Assembly: GCA_963813075.1 (NCBI GenBank)
Contig: CAWEXU010000004.1
Coordinates: 1-64,000 of the forward strand
DNA from: Methanotrichaceae archaeon
Lineage (GTDB): Archaea; Halobacteriota; Methanosarcinia; Methanotrichales; Methanotrichaceae
Length of the DNA: 64,000 nt
Direction of reading: 5' to 3'
Part shown: positions 32,777 through 44,179 of the stretch, in pieces
Numbering within the stretch: position 1 is the stretch's first letter
Layout of the letters: the number at the start of each line of letters is the position of its first letter
Made by a program: the position numbers and the translations under genes
Notes under the pieces: model-generated
What the model was told of the DNA's origin: nothing
Seen by the model: the letters and a program-made list of their open reading frames with translations, nothing else
Database searches by the model: none

Positions 32777-33181
32777 ATGCCGGGAAATATACTGCCAGCA
32801 CCTCCCAAAAAGGAGATCACCATAATCAAGGCTGGCAGCCACTGGCTTTTCAAACACTTCTTCGAGGACAAACAGATCTTTCAGGAGCTTGCGGACTACT
32901 ATGATCAGGATGGATATCGCTTCGTCCTCAAAACACCAGGGGAGAGAAACCTGGTAGGAAAGCTCCTGGCAAGGAGGGGATTTGCGGTTACAGTTCTAGA
33001 GAACTCGCGCGGTTATGTGGTAAAATTGAGCCACAAGAGCAGATACTCCTGGCTGCTCAAAAACTCCCTCGCTCAGATCGAGACCCCGGAGTGGCGCATA
33101 TTCCTGATGAAGGACAGGGAAGCGGTCCAGGAAGCCATCCGGCAGGGGGCGAAGCTGGTAGAAGTGGATGTGCAATTCTGA
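32777..33181 (+). CDS. Hypothetical protein
   Basis: 134 aa ORF, FKHFFEDK...YRF pattern. Confidence 0.7.
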   Translation: MPGNILPAPPKKEITIIKAGSHWLFKHFFEDKQIFQELADYYDQDGYRFVLKTPGERNLVGKLLARRGFAVTVLENSRGYVVKLSHKSRYSWLLKNSLAQIETPEWRIFLMKDREAVQEAIRQGAKLVEVDVQF

Positions 33182-33183
33182 TA

Positions 33184-34392
33184 TCAAAGCCGCTCTGGCG
33201 GCACCACCTGCCGGATGGAGAAGGCGGCAAGCAAGCTGAAGACCCCCAGATAGAGAAAGACGGGAACGAAGTTGCCTCCGTTCAGATCGAGCAGATATCC
33301 GGAAAGGGTGGGCCCCAGTGGACCGGCGACAAATCCGTAGGCTGCAAAGGTGAGGCCGAATATGGCTCCGAAATGCTCCAGGCCAAAGCAGTCCGCCACC
33401 AATGGAGCAGAGACGGAAAATAAGGTGCCAAAGGACAGTCCAACCACCGCCGCCAGGATTGCGGACGAAATCAGATCTCCTGCCAGGGGAAATAGAAAGT
33501 ATGCCAGGCCCGCAGCCAGGAAGGCCAGGCTCATGACCCTCCTTTGCCCCAACCGGTCGGAGAGGTATCCGCTCGCCAGCCTGCCGGTGCCATTGGTCAG
33601 ATTGAAGGCGGTGAGAATGAGAACCGCACCCTCCAGAGGGAGACCCAATGATAATCCATAGCCGGTGGAGAGGACAGTCATGGAGACTCCCGCCGCCCCG
33701 GCCAGGGTCCAGGTCAGCCAGAGAAACCAAAAGCTCCGGGTGTGGAGAGTCTCAGATACAGTGAGAGATCGCTTTACATAATCCCCTTTTTCGCTTTGCC
33801 TCGCAATCAGGTCATCCCGCTCCCGAGCGAAGTATGCGCCCAAGAGGCCTGCGGCCAGGGTGAGGACAGCCAGTACAAGGCTCATGTTCCTGTAGCCGAA
33901 TGCATTCAGCATCAGGCCGAAGATGGGGGACATGATGGCGGCGGCAAGACCAAAGACCATGCTCACCGTTCCCGAGACCAGCCCCTTTCTGTGGGGGTAC
34001 CACTGCTGCACCAGGGTGAGAGCGGGGATGTAGACGAAGCATGAGGCTGCGCCGTTGAGAAAAGCCCAGGCGTAGACCATGACAATAGATCTTGCATAGG
34101 CGGCGAGGATAGAGCCGCAGGCAGTGAGGAGGATTCCCAGGATGATCATCCTCCTGATGCCGTACCGCTCCTGCCAGCGGCCCACCAGAAACATGTTGAT
34201 GCCGACAGCTGCCAGCATGAAGAAGATGGCCGCTCCCGTGGCACCGCTGCCAACATGAAACATATCCTGCCAAAGGGAGGCCATCACTCCCGGAAAGCCG
34301 AAGGTGAGGGCTCCCGGCCAGAAGATAGCGATGCAGCAGCCGATTATGGCCAGGGCACCATTCCTTTTTCCATTTCCATTAAATTGATCCAT
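33184..34392 (-). CDS. MFS transporter (OFA/MCT-like)
   Basis: ~12 TM segments, GRWQERYGIRR and GYLSDRLGQRR motifs, WYPHRKG. Confidence 0.92.
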   Translation of the reverse strand: MDQFNGNGKRNGALAIIGCCIAIFWPGALTFGFPGVMASLWQDMFHVGSGATGAAIFFMLAAVGINMFLVGRWQERYGIRRMIILGILLTACGSILAAYARSIVMVYAWAFLNGAASCFVYIPALTLVQQWYPHRKGLVSGTVSMVFGLAAAIMSPIFGLMLNAFGYRNMSLVLAVLTLAAGLLGAYFARERDDLIARQSEKGDYVKRSLTVSETLHTRSFWFLWLTWTLAGAAGVSMTVLSTGYGLSLGLPLEGAVLILTAFNLTNGTGRLASGYLSDRLGQRRVMSLAFLAAGLAYFLFPLAGDLISSAILAAVVGLSFGTLFSVSAPLVADCFGLEHFGAIFGLTFAAYGFVAGPLGPTLSGYLLDLNGGNFVPVFLYLGVFSLLAAFSIRQVVPPERL

Positions 34393-34429
34393 ATCGATTC
34401 AAGCTCTCTTGCAGGTTCACGCTCTCTAG

Positions 34430-34600
34430 CGGGTCCATTCTTCCTTGCTGATTTTAAAAATTATCCTGCTACGCAGAACATGACCGGAATGACCCGCTAC
34501 TACACTCATCCTTCTATGAACACCACGGGTACGGTGAAGATCGACGGTCGCCAGATCATGGTTAAAGGAGAGAGCTGGTTTGACCATCAGTGAGGGAGAA
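34430..34600 (+). pseudogene. Remnant of AttH/CrtC-like lipocalin-fold gene
   Basis: YYTHPSMNTTGTVKIDG...KGESWFDHQ then TGA where W is expected; no start or remainder. Confidence 0.55.
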
Positions 34601-34908
34601 TCAAAGTACTGGGAAGAGATAATACGCATCAGGGAGGGGGATCTTTCCGGAAAGCAGATTGGAGTAGGCTATAATGAGCTGGCAGGATATGCTCCCATCT
34701 CCATTGGGGTTATCTGATCGAGCTTGAGATGCAATAGAGGACGTTAATGAATAAATTGAGACTGGCGGCCCTCATCACCAACTGAGCCGCTGGTGATTTT
34801 TTTATACAAATCGAAATGAGATCCCACGGGCATAGAGAGCTTCCACCCTCCAACAGGCAAAGGATTGATCACTTATGATAGCATGATTATCAATGGAGGA
34901 GCGGCATT

Positions 34909-35355
34909 ATGGTCGAAGGAACGGAGATTGGATGCATCTTCTGCGATATTATAGCTGGAAAAGCACCCTGCCACAAGATCTTTGAGGATGAACTCTCTGT
35001 AGCCATCCTTGATATCAATCCCTTCTCAAAAGGGCATTGCCTGGTCATTCCCAAAAGGCACGTGCCATGGTGGCATGAGCTTTCGGTACAGGAAAATGCC
35101 AGTCTATTCAATGTGGCAAAGATCGTAGCTGAGAGGATGATGAAGGCCCTAAATCCTGATTTTGTCTGCATGTACGCCCGTGGAAGGAGAATACCGCATA
35201 CCCATATCTTCCTCGTTCCTACCTGCAGCGGGGACTTGCTGGACAGATTCTTCAATGCCCTGGAGCTTTTCCAGGAATCGCCCCCGAAGCTTGTTGCTCT
35301 GCGGGACGAACAATCCCAGGAGGAAATAGCAGAGCTTCTTCGGACTATCGGTTGA
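34909..35355 (+). CDS. HIT family nucleotide hydrolase
   Basis: CIFCDII, LDINPFSKGHCLVIPK, HTHIF (third His replaced). Confidence 0.9.
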   Translation: MVEGTEIGCIFCDIIAGKAPCHKIFEDELSVAILDINPFSKGHCLVIPKRHVPWWHELSVQENASLFNVAKIVAERMMKALNPDFVCMYARGRRIPHTHIFLVPTCSGDLLDRFFNALELFQESPPKLVALRDEQSQEEIAELLRTIG

Positions 35356-35429
35356 AGGAGATCAGAACGTCGAATTATTTTCTACATTCCACTCCTGGTG
35401 GAGTTATCTTCTTCTAGTAAGGATGACCT

Positions 35430-36014
35430 GTGTACGATGATGATCAGATGATCTCTCGAGTCTACATATCTCACGACCCGGATGATGAGGATCTGGCCCT
35501 GAGGCTCTCTCTGGCACTGGAAAGGGTGGGCCTGGAGAGCTATGCCGCCCTGTACAATCAATCGGCTGTGATCTCACTTGCTGAAAGGGTATCCTTTGCC
35601 ATAAGGAACTCCGAATGCCTGGTGGCCCTGGTGACCCAGAGGGGAGGCGAGTCTGCAGCCCTCTGCCAGGAGATAGGTCTGGCCAGGGGAATTGACCAGC
35701 TCATCATCCCCATGCAGGAAGAGGGGGTGCGCCTTCCATTTCTCATCGATCAGCTGCGACCGCTATCCTTCAGAAGGGAGAACTTTGCCGATGCCGTTGG
35801 CACATTGATCAAGACCATACGGGAGCTGAGCCGCCTGGAGTGGCTGAAGGTGGTCTGCCCCAAATGCGGAGAGGAGATGACCCAGTATCTGACCGACCAG
35901 GATGAGGTGGACTCTGCTCTGGAAAAGGGTGCCTTTCTGGAGACGATCTGCAGCTACTGCCAGAATGCCATCCAGCTCGACCCGCGAACATTCGAGCCGC
36001 TTCAAAGGGAATGA
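35430..36014 (+). CDS. TIR-domain protein with C-terminal zinc ribbon
   Basis: VYISH...AIRNSECLVALVT...QEIGLA...IIP; CPKC...CSYC. Confidence 0.8.
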   Translation: MYDDDQMISRVYISHDPDDEDLALRLSLALERVGLESYAALYNQSAVISLAERVSFAIRNSECLVALVTQRGGESAALCQEIGLARGIDQLIIPMQEEGVRLPFLIDQLRPLSFRRENFADAVGTLIKTIRELSRLEWLKVVCPKCGEEMTQYLTDQDEVDSALEKGAFLETICSYCQNAIQLDPRTFEPLQRE

Positions 36015-36331
36015 AAAGATGATGAATCCCCAGATCTAGATGAAAAATTTTGACAGAATTGTTTTTGATAATTTATCGAGATCTTAAGCATTCTATCCGG
36101 AGACCAGATTCCTCCGGCTCTTCCGATCATAAAAGCGATTTTTATTTCCTTTCGCTTGGGCAGAAATCTATCTTGTGAGGCCAATGTTCTTCAGAGAGGA
36201 AGATATAAGACCCAAGAGATGTCATATAATCTAGATGGAATAGCATTAACAGAGGTATAACGTCCAAAGAAAGGTTATGGTTAGAAAGTAAAAATGGCAA
36301 TCTAGTCACGAAAAAATCAAGAACGGATGAA

Positions 36332-37630
36332 ATGGATATGCATAAAATTACTATTGCTATTGTGTTTTTTATCATGATTGGCATGTGCCAAGCAGATGAA
36401 GGTCTAAAAGCTGATTTTTCCAACGTCATCATATCCGAGCCCGCGAGCTGCTCGAATGGCACTGATCCATTGGGAGTCTGTGCTATGCATGCTCAGAACT
36501 ATACTGGCAGAAACATCTCGATCGCCGTCATCGACTTCGAGTTCTACATGAACCGGCTCTCAGAGAGAGAACTGCCGATAGATAGAATCGATCTTTTCAA
36601 TGGCACATTCGATGAGGACGAGTGTCATGGTATCGCCTGCGCTGAGATCATAGGCGACACGGCACCCAATGTGACCCTCTATATGGTGGGCCTGGAAGAG
36701 CAGTCCCAGGCGGGATTCATAGAGGCAGCAGAGAAGCTCAACCGCCTGGATGAAAGGATCGATATCGTAAGCTCCTCCATAGACTTCTCCTTCGGCCTGT
36801 TCGATGAGGGAGATGACATCTGCAAAGCTGTCAACAACCTCACCAGAAATGGGACCATCTGGATCACCGCGGCAGGAGATTCTGCCAAGAAGCATTGGCT
36901 TGGCTCTTTCCAGGATGAGAATGAGAATGGATTCCATGAATTTGGCCCTGGTGACGAATCGCTGAATCTGACCGCAGAGAGAAGAGAGCTAATTGGGGTA
37001 TGGCTGAGCTGGAATGATAGCTGGAGCCAGGCCGATCAGGATTTTGATCTTTATCTTTACTCCCCCGATGGCACCTATGCCATATCCAGGAACACTCAAG
37101 AGGGATACGACAGCCAAGAACCAGCAGAATTGGTGACAATGATAGCTCCCGTCAGCGGAGATTATAGTATACAGATAAGACGATACAGCGCACCAGAGGA
37201 AAACATATCATTCCAGTTATTCAGCACCCATAACCTCACAAATTACATCGTATCGGCTTCGAGCATAGGTGCCCTTGCCAGCTGTTCAGAGGTCATCACC
37301 GTAGGTGCAGTTGACGCTCAAAGCCTGCAGCTGGAGAACTACAGCTCATTGGGTCCGACCCAGGATGGCAGAATGAAGCCTGAGCTGGTGGCACCGGATA
37401 ATATCACGGTCTCGTCTTACATGCCGGAGATGTTCCGGGGAAGCTCAGCCTCTGCACCTTATGCTGCCGGAATCTTCGCCCTCGCTCTGGAGAAGGGCAG
37501 AAAGATGGGCATGAAAGACGAGGAGATAGTGCAGCTCCTATTCGATAGTGCGATCGATCTGGGTCCAACAGGTCCGGAAAATGAGTATGGATATGGTCTG
37601 GCCAACCTTAAAAGATTTGCAGAATTGTAA
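36332..37630 (+). CDS. Secreted S8 (subtilase) serine peptidase
   Basis: IAVID, HGIAC, GSSASAP triad motifs; KPELVAP; signal peptide. Confidence 0.9.
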   Translation: MDMHKITIAIVFFIMIGMCQADEGLKADFSNVIISEPASCSNGTDPLGVCAMHAQNYTGRNISIAVIDFEFYMNRLSERELPIDRIDLFNGTFDEDECHGIACAEIIGDTAPNVTLYMVGLEEQSQAGFIEAAEKLNRLDERIDIVSSSIDFSFGLFDEGDDICKAVNNLTRNGTIWITAAGDSAKKHWLGSFQDENENGFHEFGPGDESLNLTAERRELIGVWLSWNDSWSQADQDFDLYLYSPDGTYAISRNTQEGYDSQEPAELVTMIAPVSGDYSIQIRRYSAPEENISFQLFSTHNLTNYIVSASSIGALASCSEVITVGAVDAQSLQLENYSSLGPTQDGRMKPELVAPDNITVSSYMPEMFRGSSASAPYAAGIFALALEKGRKMGMKDEEIVQLLFDSAIDLGPTGPENEYGYGLANLKRFAEL

Positions 37631-37635
37631 TTGCA

Positions 37636-37690
37636 ATTGAGGTCAGACATTGAGGTCAGACATTGAGGTCAAGACAATTGAGGTCAAGAG
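37636..37690 (+). repeat. Four tandem ATTGAGGTCA-containing units (13-15 bp)
   Basis: attgaggtcagac x2, attgaggtcaagaca, attgaggtcaagag. Confidence 0.9.
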
Positions 37691-37691
37691 G

Positions 37692-39540
37692 ATGGTAAAT
37701 ATGAAAATCTTCATGAAGCATTGCTGTATAGAAAAATGGGGCGCAATTAAATGGATGTGCTCGGCACTGATGCTCCTTATGATTCTGCTTTTGCCCTGCC
37801 AGGCAGCGGATGAGACATTCAGGAGCCTCGAATATGGATTTGCCTTCGACTACCCAAAAGAGGCAGAAATCGATATAGATCCTGGAACGATCATTGGGAT
37901 AGAGGAATCGATTGTCGAGATCTGGATTTCCGGCTCGATGGATGTAATCATCGGCGTCTCTGAGAACAATCGAAGGTCTGCGGACGACCTGGCCTTGCTG
38001 GCCCAATCCCGATATGAGGACGAATCTAACCTCACCGTTCTGGACCAGGGAGAAATCGAGGTTAATGGATCCCGGGCTTCTTTCATGGAATCGCTGATGG
38101 AGTTGGAGGATGAGGAAGGAGCATTAAAGATCAAGGACGTCTTCTTGGTCAGCGGAGACAAAGCCTATCAGATCTCCTGCCGGGCGGTTGATAACAGATA
38201 TAAGCAGGCCAATCAGACCTATTTCGGCAGAATTATCTCCTCATTTAAGACTTTTCCCATCGATGAAGAGATAGAGGCCAATCTTCCTGGCTTCCCGGTG
38301 ATCACGGGAGATGATATCTGGTCCTCACCGGCGATGGCGGACCTGGACGGCGACGGCAGCAAAGAGATCGTCTTTGGGACGAACAAAGGGAACCTTCATG
38401 CCATAGGCATTGATGGCGAGGATATAGCCGGCTTTCCCCTGGTCTTAAGAGACGTCATCAGATCCTCTCCAGCCATTGGCGACATCGATGGAGACGGATC
38501 TATTGATATCGCCGTGGGTTGTGATGATGGAATGCTTTATGCTTTCAGCAAAGACGGCAGCATGCTCCCCGGATTCCCAGTCGAAACTGCCGATTTCATT
38601 GCCTCATCACCGTCCATTGGGGATATTGATGGAGATGGAATGGCCGAGGTCGTGGTGGGATCAAGAGACGGAGGCATATACGCCTGGAATGAGAATGGCA
38701 CGAATGTCTGCGGCTTTCCGCTGATAACCAGCGGAGCTGTCTGGTCTTCTCCTGCCCTGGGCGATATAGATGGCGATGGCATTCTGGATATTGTGGTTGG
38801 GTCTATGTATCTGTGCAGGGGACTGGATGAGTGCATGATGGAGTATATTTTTGGCAGCTACAATGGAGAGCTCCATGCCCTCGGCTCTCGAGGAGAGTCT
38901 CTTGGCGGATTTCCCAAGTATCTATCCCAATCGGATAATGTTGGATACTCATCACCCATCCTCTGTGATATCAACAAGGACGGCAAGCCGGAGATTGTGA
39001 TTGCGGGATCTTATAACCTGTACGTGAAGACCTCCGATGAAAAGAGGGATGACTATCTGGGATTTCCGAGAAAGGTCGCCGGCAGCATCCAGGATAGCCA
39101 GATTGCCATGGGTGATTTGAATGGCGATGGCATGCCTGAGATAGTGGCTGGAGCAACCGACGGGAGGTTGTACGTTTGGCGCTCCGATGGACGGTATCTG
39201 CAGGGATTCCCCATCCAGACCGGGGGTTATGTTCGACCATGTCACAATCGGTGATATCGATGGAGACGGGATGCAGGAGATCCTGGGTGGATCGAACGAC
39301 AACAGAGTCTATGCCTGGCGGCTGAATGGTACGGAGGTGGAGGGCTTCCCCAAGGTGACCTCGGACGACATAGAGACTGCCCCCACCCTGGCCGACCTGG
39401 AAGGTGATGGCACTCTTGAACTGGTGGTCGGATCGAATGACGGCCAGCTGTACGCCTGGAGGATCTCGGATAATTATGGAGAGCTGGACTGGCCGATGAT
39501 AAGGCAGAATCTGGAGCATACCGGCGTGGCTGTGATATAG
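37692..39540 (+). CDS. Secreted FG-GAP/VCBS repeat protein with PsbP-like N-domain (frameshift ~39235)
   Basis: Repeated SSPAxGDIDGDG...EIVVG...GFP units. Confidence 0.88.
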
Positions 39541-39679
39541 AGAACAGCAAAACGAGCAAAAAAGGACCATTTGGGCATCGGCAGATGATGCCCGTTCCAT
39601 TTTTTTGAAATTGAATCGCCATTCTTCTTAGCTTTGCATAGGTTTAAGTGACTTGGAGCAATCATACTACCTGAAGTCC

Positions 39680-42202
39680 ATGCCCATAGGTGTTTATGTA
39701 TGTCACTGCGGCCTGAATATCGCCGGCGTCCTGGATGTGGAGGAGCTGAAGAGCTTTGCCGAGAAGCTGCCCGATGTGGCCGTGGCCAGAGATCTGCAGT
39801 TCTCCTGCTCCGATATTGGCCAGGAGCAGATTCAGAAGGATATTGCTGAACTTAAGCTCGACCGGATCGTGGTGGCCGCCTGCTCGCCCCGGCTGCATGA
39901 GCCCACATTTCGCCGCGCCATTGCCAAAGCCGGGCTGAACCCCTATATGCTGGAGATGGCCAATATCCGGGAGCATTGCTCCTGGGTGCATATGGACCTG
40001 CCGGCCATGGCCACAGAGAAGGCCAAGGACCTGATATCAATGGCTGTGGCCAAGGCCGCCCTCCTGCAGCCTTTGGAGCAGGAGAGTATCCCGGTCAACA
40101 AGGATGTGCTGGTGGTGGGGGGAGGAGTGGCAGGGATCGCTGCCGCCCTGGACCTCGCGGATTCGGGCTTTCACGTATTTCTGGTAGAGCGCCGGCCGAC
40201 CATCGGCGGGTACATGGCCCTGCTCACGGACGTCTTTCCCACCAACGATTGCTCCATCTGCGTTCTGGGCCCCAAGATGTCCGAGGTCTTCAACCATCCA
40301 AATATCACTCTTTTCACCTATTCCGAGGTGCTGGCGGTGGAGGGAAGCGTGGGCAACTTCACTGTATCTGGCGTTCACCGGGCACGCTATGTGGACCCGG
40401 TTCTCTGCAAGGGCTGCATAAATGAGTGTGCAGACGTCTGTCCGGTGGAGGTACCCAATGATTACGACTTCGGCATCGGCAAGAGGAAGGCCATCTATGT
40501 GCCCTATCCTCAGGCTGTCCCCCTGTCGGCATGCGTGGACCCCAAAGCCTGCATCGGCTGCGCCCGGTGCGTCGAGTCCTGCCCCACCCAGGCGGTCAAG
40601 CTGGATCAGGTGGCAGAGCACTTCAAGATCAATGTGGGAGCGATAATCGTGGCCACTGGATGGCAGCCCTTTGATGCCGCCCGGAAGGAGGAGTACGGCT
40701 TTGGAAGGTACAGAGATGTCGTCACCACTCTGCAGATAGAGAGGATGCTCAATGCCTCCGGGCCGACCAAAGGCGAGATCGTCCGGCCGAGCACGGGCCA
40801 GGTCGCCCAGTCCATAGCCTTTCTGCAGTGCGTCGGCTCAAGGGACGCCACAGTTGGCAACATCTATTGCTCTCGAATCTGCTGCATGGCCTCGCTGAAA
40901 AATGCCCAGCTGGTGGCGGAGAAGTATCCCGGCTCGGAGATCACCATCTACTATATCGATATCAGGGCATGCGGAGAAGGGTATGAGGAGTTCTATATAC
41001 GGGCGCAGAGGCTGGGAATAAACTTCGTTCGCGCCCGAATCTCCCGCATCGAAGAGGTGGATGGCGATATCTATCTCATCTTTGAGGATACCCAGACTGG
41101 AGAGATAAAAAGGGTCCGGCACGATATCGCCGTCCTCTCCGTGGGCCTGGAGCCGGATAAGAGCGCGGACGTTCTGGGCAACCTCCTCGGCCTCTCCCGC
41201 CGGCCGGACAGGTTCTTTGAGATCGCTCACCCCAAGATGAGGCCGGTGGAGGCTCATGTTGATGGGGTGTTCATCGCCGGCTGCGCCTCCGGGCCCAAGG
41301 AGATTCCCATATCCATCGCTCAGGGCAGTGCTGCTGCTGCCAAGGCCATAAGGCTATTGCAGAAGGGATTCCTGGATCTGGAGCCCACATCTGCTTACGT
41401 GGATCCTGATCTATGCATCAAGTGCAAGCTGTGCGTCGATGTCTGCCCGCAAAAGGCCATAGCGATGAAGAGCCCGGCTTCTGTGGATGAGGCAGCCTGC
41501 AAGGGCTGCGGGTCATGTGCTGCCGCCTGTCCGGTGGATGCCATCAAGATGCGCCTCTTCTCAGACGAGCAGATCATGGCTCAGGTCAGAGCGGCGACTG
41601 CGGTCAAGAGGGAGTTTCCCCTCATCGTCGCATTTCTGTGCAACTGGTGCAGCTACGGTGCCGCAGATCTCGCCGGGACCTCTCGCATCCAGTATCCCAC
41701 CAATGCCCGCAACATCAGGGTGATGTGTTCGGCGCGGGTGGATCCCAGCTTTGTCCTGGAGGCTCTGCGGCGGGGGGCGGACGGGGTGCTCATCGCCGGC
41801 TGCCGAATAGGCGAATGCCACTACCATGATGGGAACTACCAGGCTCTGCAGAGGGTGAATGTCCTGAAGGGAGTGCTGGAGAAGATAGGCATAGATCCGG
41901 GAAGGGTCAAGATCGTCTGGTGTGCAGCCAGCGAGGGGGAGATCTATGCAAAGGATTTGAGAGAGTTCATCGGAGAGCTGAAGGCCATCGGCCCCATAGG
42001 AACGGAGTTGAAAAAGAGAAGAAAAGGGCCGGGAGAGGGAAAGAGCGGTCAAGACGGGGGAAGGGCGAAAAAGACCGGCATGAACGAGGAAAAAGCGGAT
42101 GCGTCTGAAGAGGCAGAGCCGGATACAGATAAGTCAGATACAGAGACACCATTGAAGAGCGTGACGGCTACGGGAGGTGAAGGGCAGCATGATGGAGATT
42201 GA
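39680..42202 (+). CDS. hdrA: Heterodisulfide reductase subunit A fused to MvhD
   Basis: GVYVCHCG, AACSPRLHE, GGGVAG, QCVGSR, CSRICC; C-terminal FLCNWCSY...RVMCSAR...GECHY MvhD module. Confidence 0.95.
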   Translation: MPIGVYVCHCGLNIAGVLDVEELKSFAEKLPDVAVARDLQFSCSDIGQEQIQKDIAELKLDRIVVAACSPRLHEPTFRRAIAKAGLNPYMLEMANIREHCSWVHMDLPAMATEKAKDLISMAVAKAALLQPLEQESIPVNKDVLVVGGGVAGIAAALDLADSGFHVFLVERRPTIGGYMALLTDVFPTNDCSICVLGPKMSEVFNHPNITLFTYSEVLAVEGSVGNFTVSGVHRARYVDPVLCKGCINECADVCPVEVPNDYDFGIGKRKAIYVPYPQAVPLSACVDPKACIGCARCVESCPTQAVKLDQVAEHFKINVGAIIVATGWQPFDAARKEEYGFGRYRDVVTTLQIERMLNASGPTKGEIVRPSTGQVAQSIAFLQCVGSRDATVGNIYCSRICCMASLKNAQLVAEKYPGSEITIYYIDIRACGEGYEEFYIRAQRLGINFVRARISRIEEVDGDIYLIFEDTQTGEIKRVRHDIAVLSVGLEPDKSADVLGNLLGLSRRPDRFFEIAHPKMRPVEAHVDGVFIAGCASGPKEIPISIAQGSAAAAKAIRLLQKGFLDLEPTSAYVDPDLCIKCKLCVDVCPQKAIAMKSPASVDEAACKGCGSCAAACPVDAIKMRLFSDEQIMAQVRAATAVKREFPLIVAFLCNWCSYGAADLAGTSRIQYPTNARNIRVMCSARVDPSFVLEALRRGADGVLIAGCRIGECHYHDGNYQALQRVNVLKGVLEKIGIDPGRVKIVWCAASEGEIYAKDLREFIGELKAIGPIGTELKKRRKGPGEGKSGQDGGRAKKTGMNEEKADASEEAEPDTDKSDTETPLKSVTATGGEGQHDGD

Positions 42203-42522
42203 GAAGGATATGGAGGTGGAGGGATGCTCATATCCTGGCCAGGCAGAAGACAAAAGAGAGCGAGAAGACACTGGATTACGATTACAAGAAATGCGCCGGA
42301 TGCTCCATATGCGTTGACATCTGCCCCAAGAAGGCCTTGCAGGAGGGGCCATTGATGGAGATCGCCAAAGGGCTGGATGCGCCGCCTGTGTTGATAGACC
42401 TCGATCAATGCGTTTTTTGCGGGATGTGCGTGAACTTCTGTCCAATGAAGGCCTTCAGCATGAGCGTGAAAGAAAGGACTCCAGAGCCGGAGGCGGCAGA
42501 GGCAGCCGAAGCAAATGCATGA
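42189..42522 (+). CDS. 2x[4Fe-4S] ferredoxin-like protein (frameshift ~42230)
   Basis: CAGCSICVDICP and CVFCGMCVNFCP. Confidence 0.85.
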
Positions 42523-43624
42523 CTGAAAACGGCTGCGAGACGGAAGGCAAGGCAGTGCATAAGTCGGTCGACTTCAGAAAGAGGGATGAGTATCCAAAGC
42601 TATTGGCCGGGGCGAAGCCCAATGAAAAATGCCTGCCCTGCCTGCTCTGCGAGCCTGTCTGCCCGACAGAAGCGATTAAGGTGACCTTTGACCGGACCCG
42701 AGAGGATTTTGGACCTCTTAGGGAGGAGGTCAAGGGGAAGATCTCCATCGATCAGGAGAAGTGCAACCTCTGCGGACGGTGTGCCAAATTCTGCAAGGCC
42801 TTCCTATTAGTCGATAAAGTTGAGAAGGATCGGGATCCCCGCAATCTGGTGCCTTATGAGCAGTTGCTGATAGACGAGGATCTGTGCGACTACTGCGGTC
42901 TGTGTGTCCCCCTCTGTCCGGAGGAGGCGATAGCGTTGAGGGCGAGCCTCTGAAGCAGGATGAGGAGCCGAAGATCGAGGGCAAGATAGAGGTCGACGAG
43001 AGCCTGTGTATCGGCTGCGGCCGGTGTGCTCAGGTCTGTCCCTATGAGGGCATGGATGTGTCCAGGCCCTTCCAGGGGGAGATCAAGATGGTGGAGAAGA
43101 ACCTGGGTCGATGCGATCCCCTGGGATGCCTGGCCTGCTTCAATGTCTGTCCTGCCAAGTGCTGGTATGTGGACGAGCGGGGCAAAGCCGCTCCGGTGGA
43201 GGATCAGTGCATTCTCTGCGGGGCCTGCGAGAAGGCCTGTCCAGTCTCGGCGATTGATGTGCAGCGGTCAAATGTCAGCCATACGGAGGTAAAGGAGACT
43301 CCCTGGGCAGAGGAATGGAAGGAGGCGATCAGCACCATATTGACCGGCGAGCGGAAGGTGCCGGACGTGAGCGGTGCTGTGGTCCCGCCGGAGATCGAGC
43401 GGACGCCTCTCCCCCCTCCGGAGATGCCCAGAATGGACCCCGAGCTCCTCAGGATGGTGGATGAGGCCTTAAAGCCGCTGGTGCCGCTGCTGTCCAAGCC
43501 AAAGGTTCGTCAGATCATGGAGAATGAGCCGCCGGATAAGGCGAGCCAGAAGATCGTAGAAAGGCTTCAGGAGACAGAGGCAAAGAGGAAGAAGGCAATG
43601 GCGCAGGATGCGGGGGCGGAGTAA
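42519..43624 (+). CDS. Polyferredoxin (FwdF-like; frameshift ~42935)
   Basis: Six CxxCxxCxxxC-type motifs across two ORF pieces. Confidence 0.85.
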
Positions 43625-44179
43625 TGGGCACAGTAATGGCCACAGCAATGGCCACGGCAAAAGACGAGGATTTCAGGAACGAGGTCTTGCGCCTGGCAGG
43701 GGACGAGGTCAGGACCTGCATTCAGTGCGGCACCTGCTCCGGCCAGCTGTCCCACCGCCCATCTTATGAATCCCAGCATAAGAAAGCTGGTCAAGCTCTG
43801 TCTGGAGGGAAGACGGGAGGAGGCACTGCATAATGAGACTCTGTGGCTGTGCACCTCGTGTCTATTGTGCACAGTGCGCTGTCCGCGGGGGATAAGGCCG
43901 AAGATGGTGGTATCGGCGCTCAAGGAGCTGGCGGACAGGGAGAAGATAGTGAGCCCTGGCCAAAGCTACGACCACCTCTTCAATAAGCAGATCGAGGAAT
44001 TCGGCCGGATCAGCGAGCTTCCTCTCATCATTGAGTTCTTGCTCTCCTATCCCCAGGGGACGGTTCAGTCCATGAAGGTGGGCCTGGAGCTTCTCCCCAA
44101 GGGAAAGATAACCCTGGATAGAGAGCAGGTTAAGAGAAAGGATGAGGTCAAGAGGATTATGGAGGAGCTGGGCAAATGA
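43624..44179 (+). CDS. hdrC: Heterodisulfide reductase subunit C (frameshift ~43740)
   Basis: CIQCGTCS then LWLCTSCLLCTVRCPRG. Confidence 0.9.
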
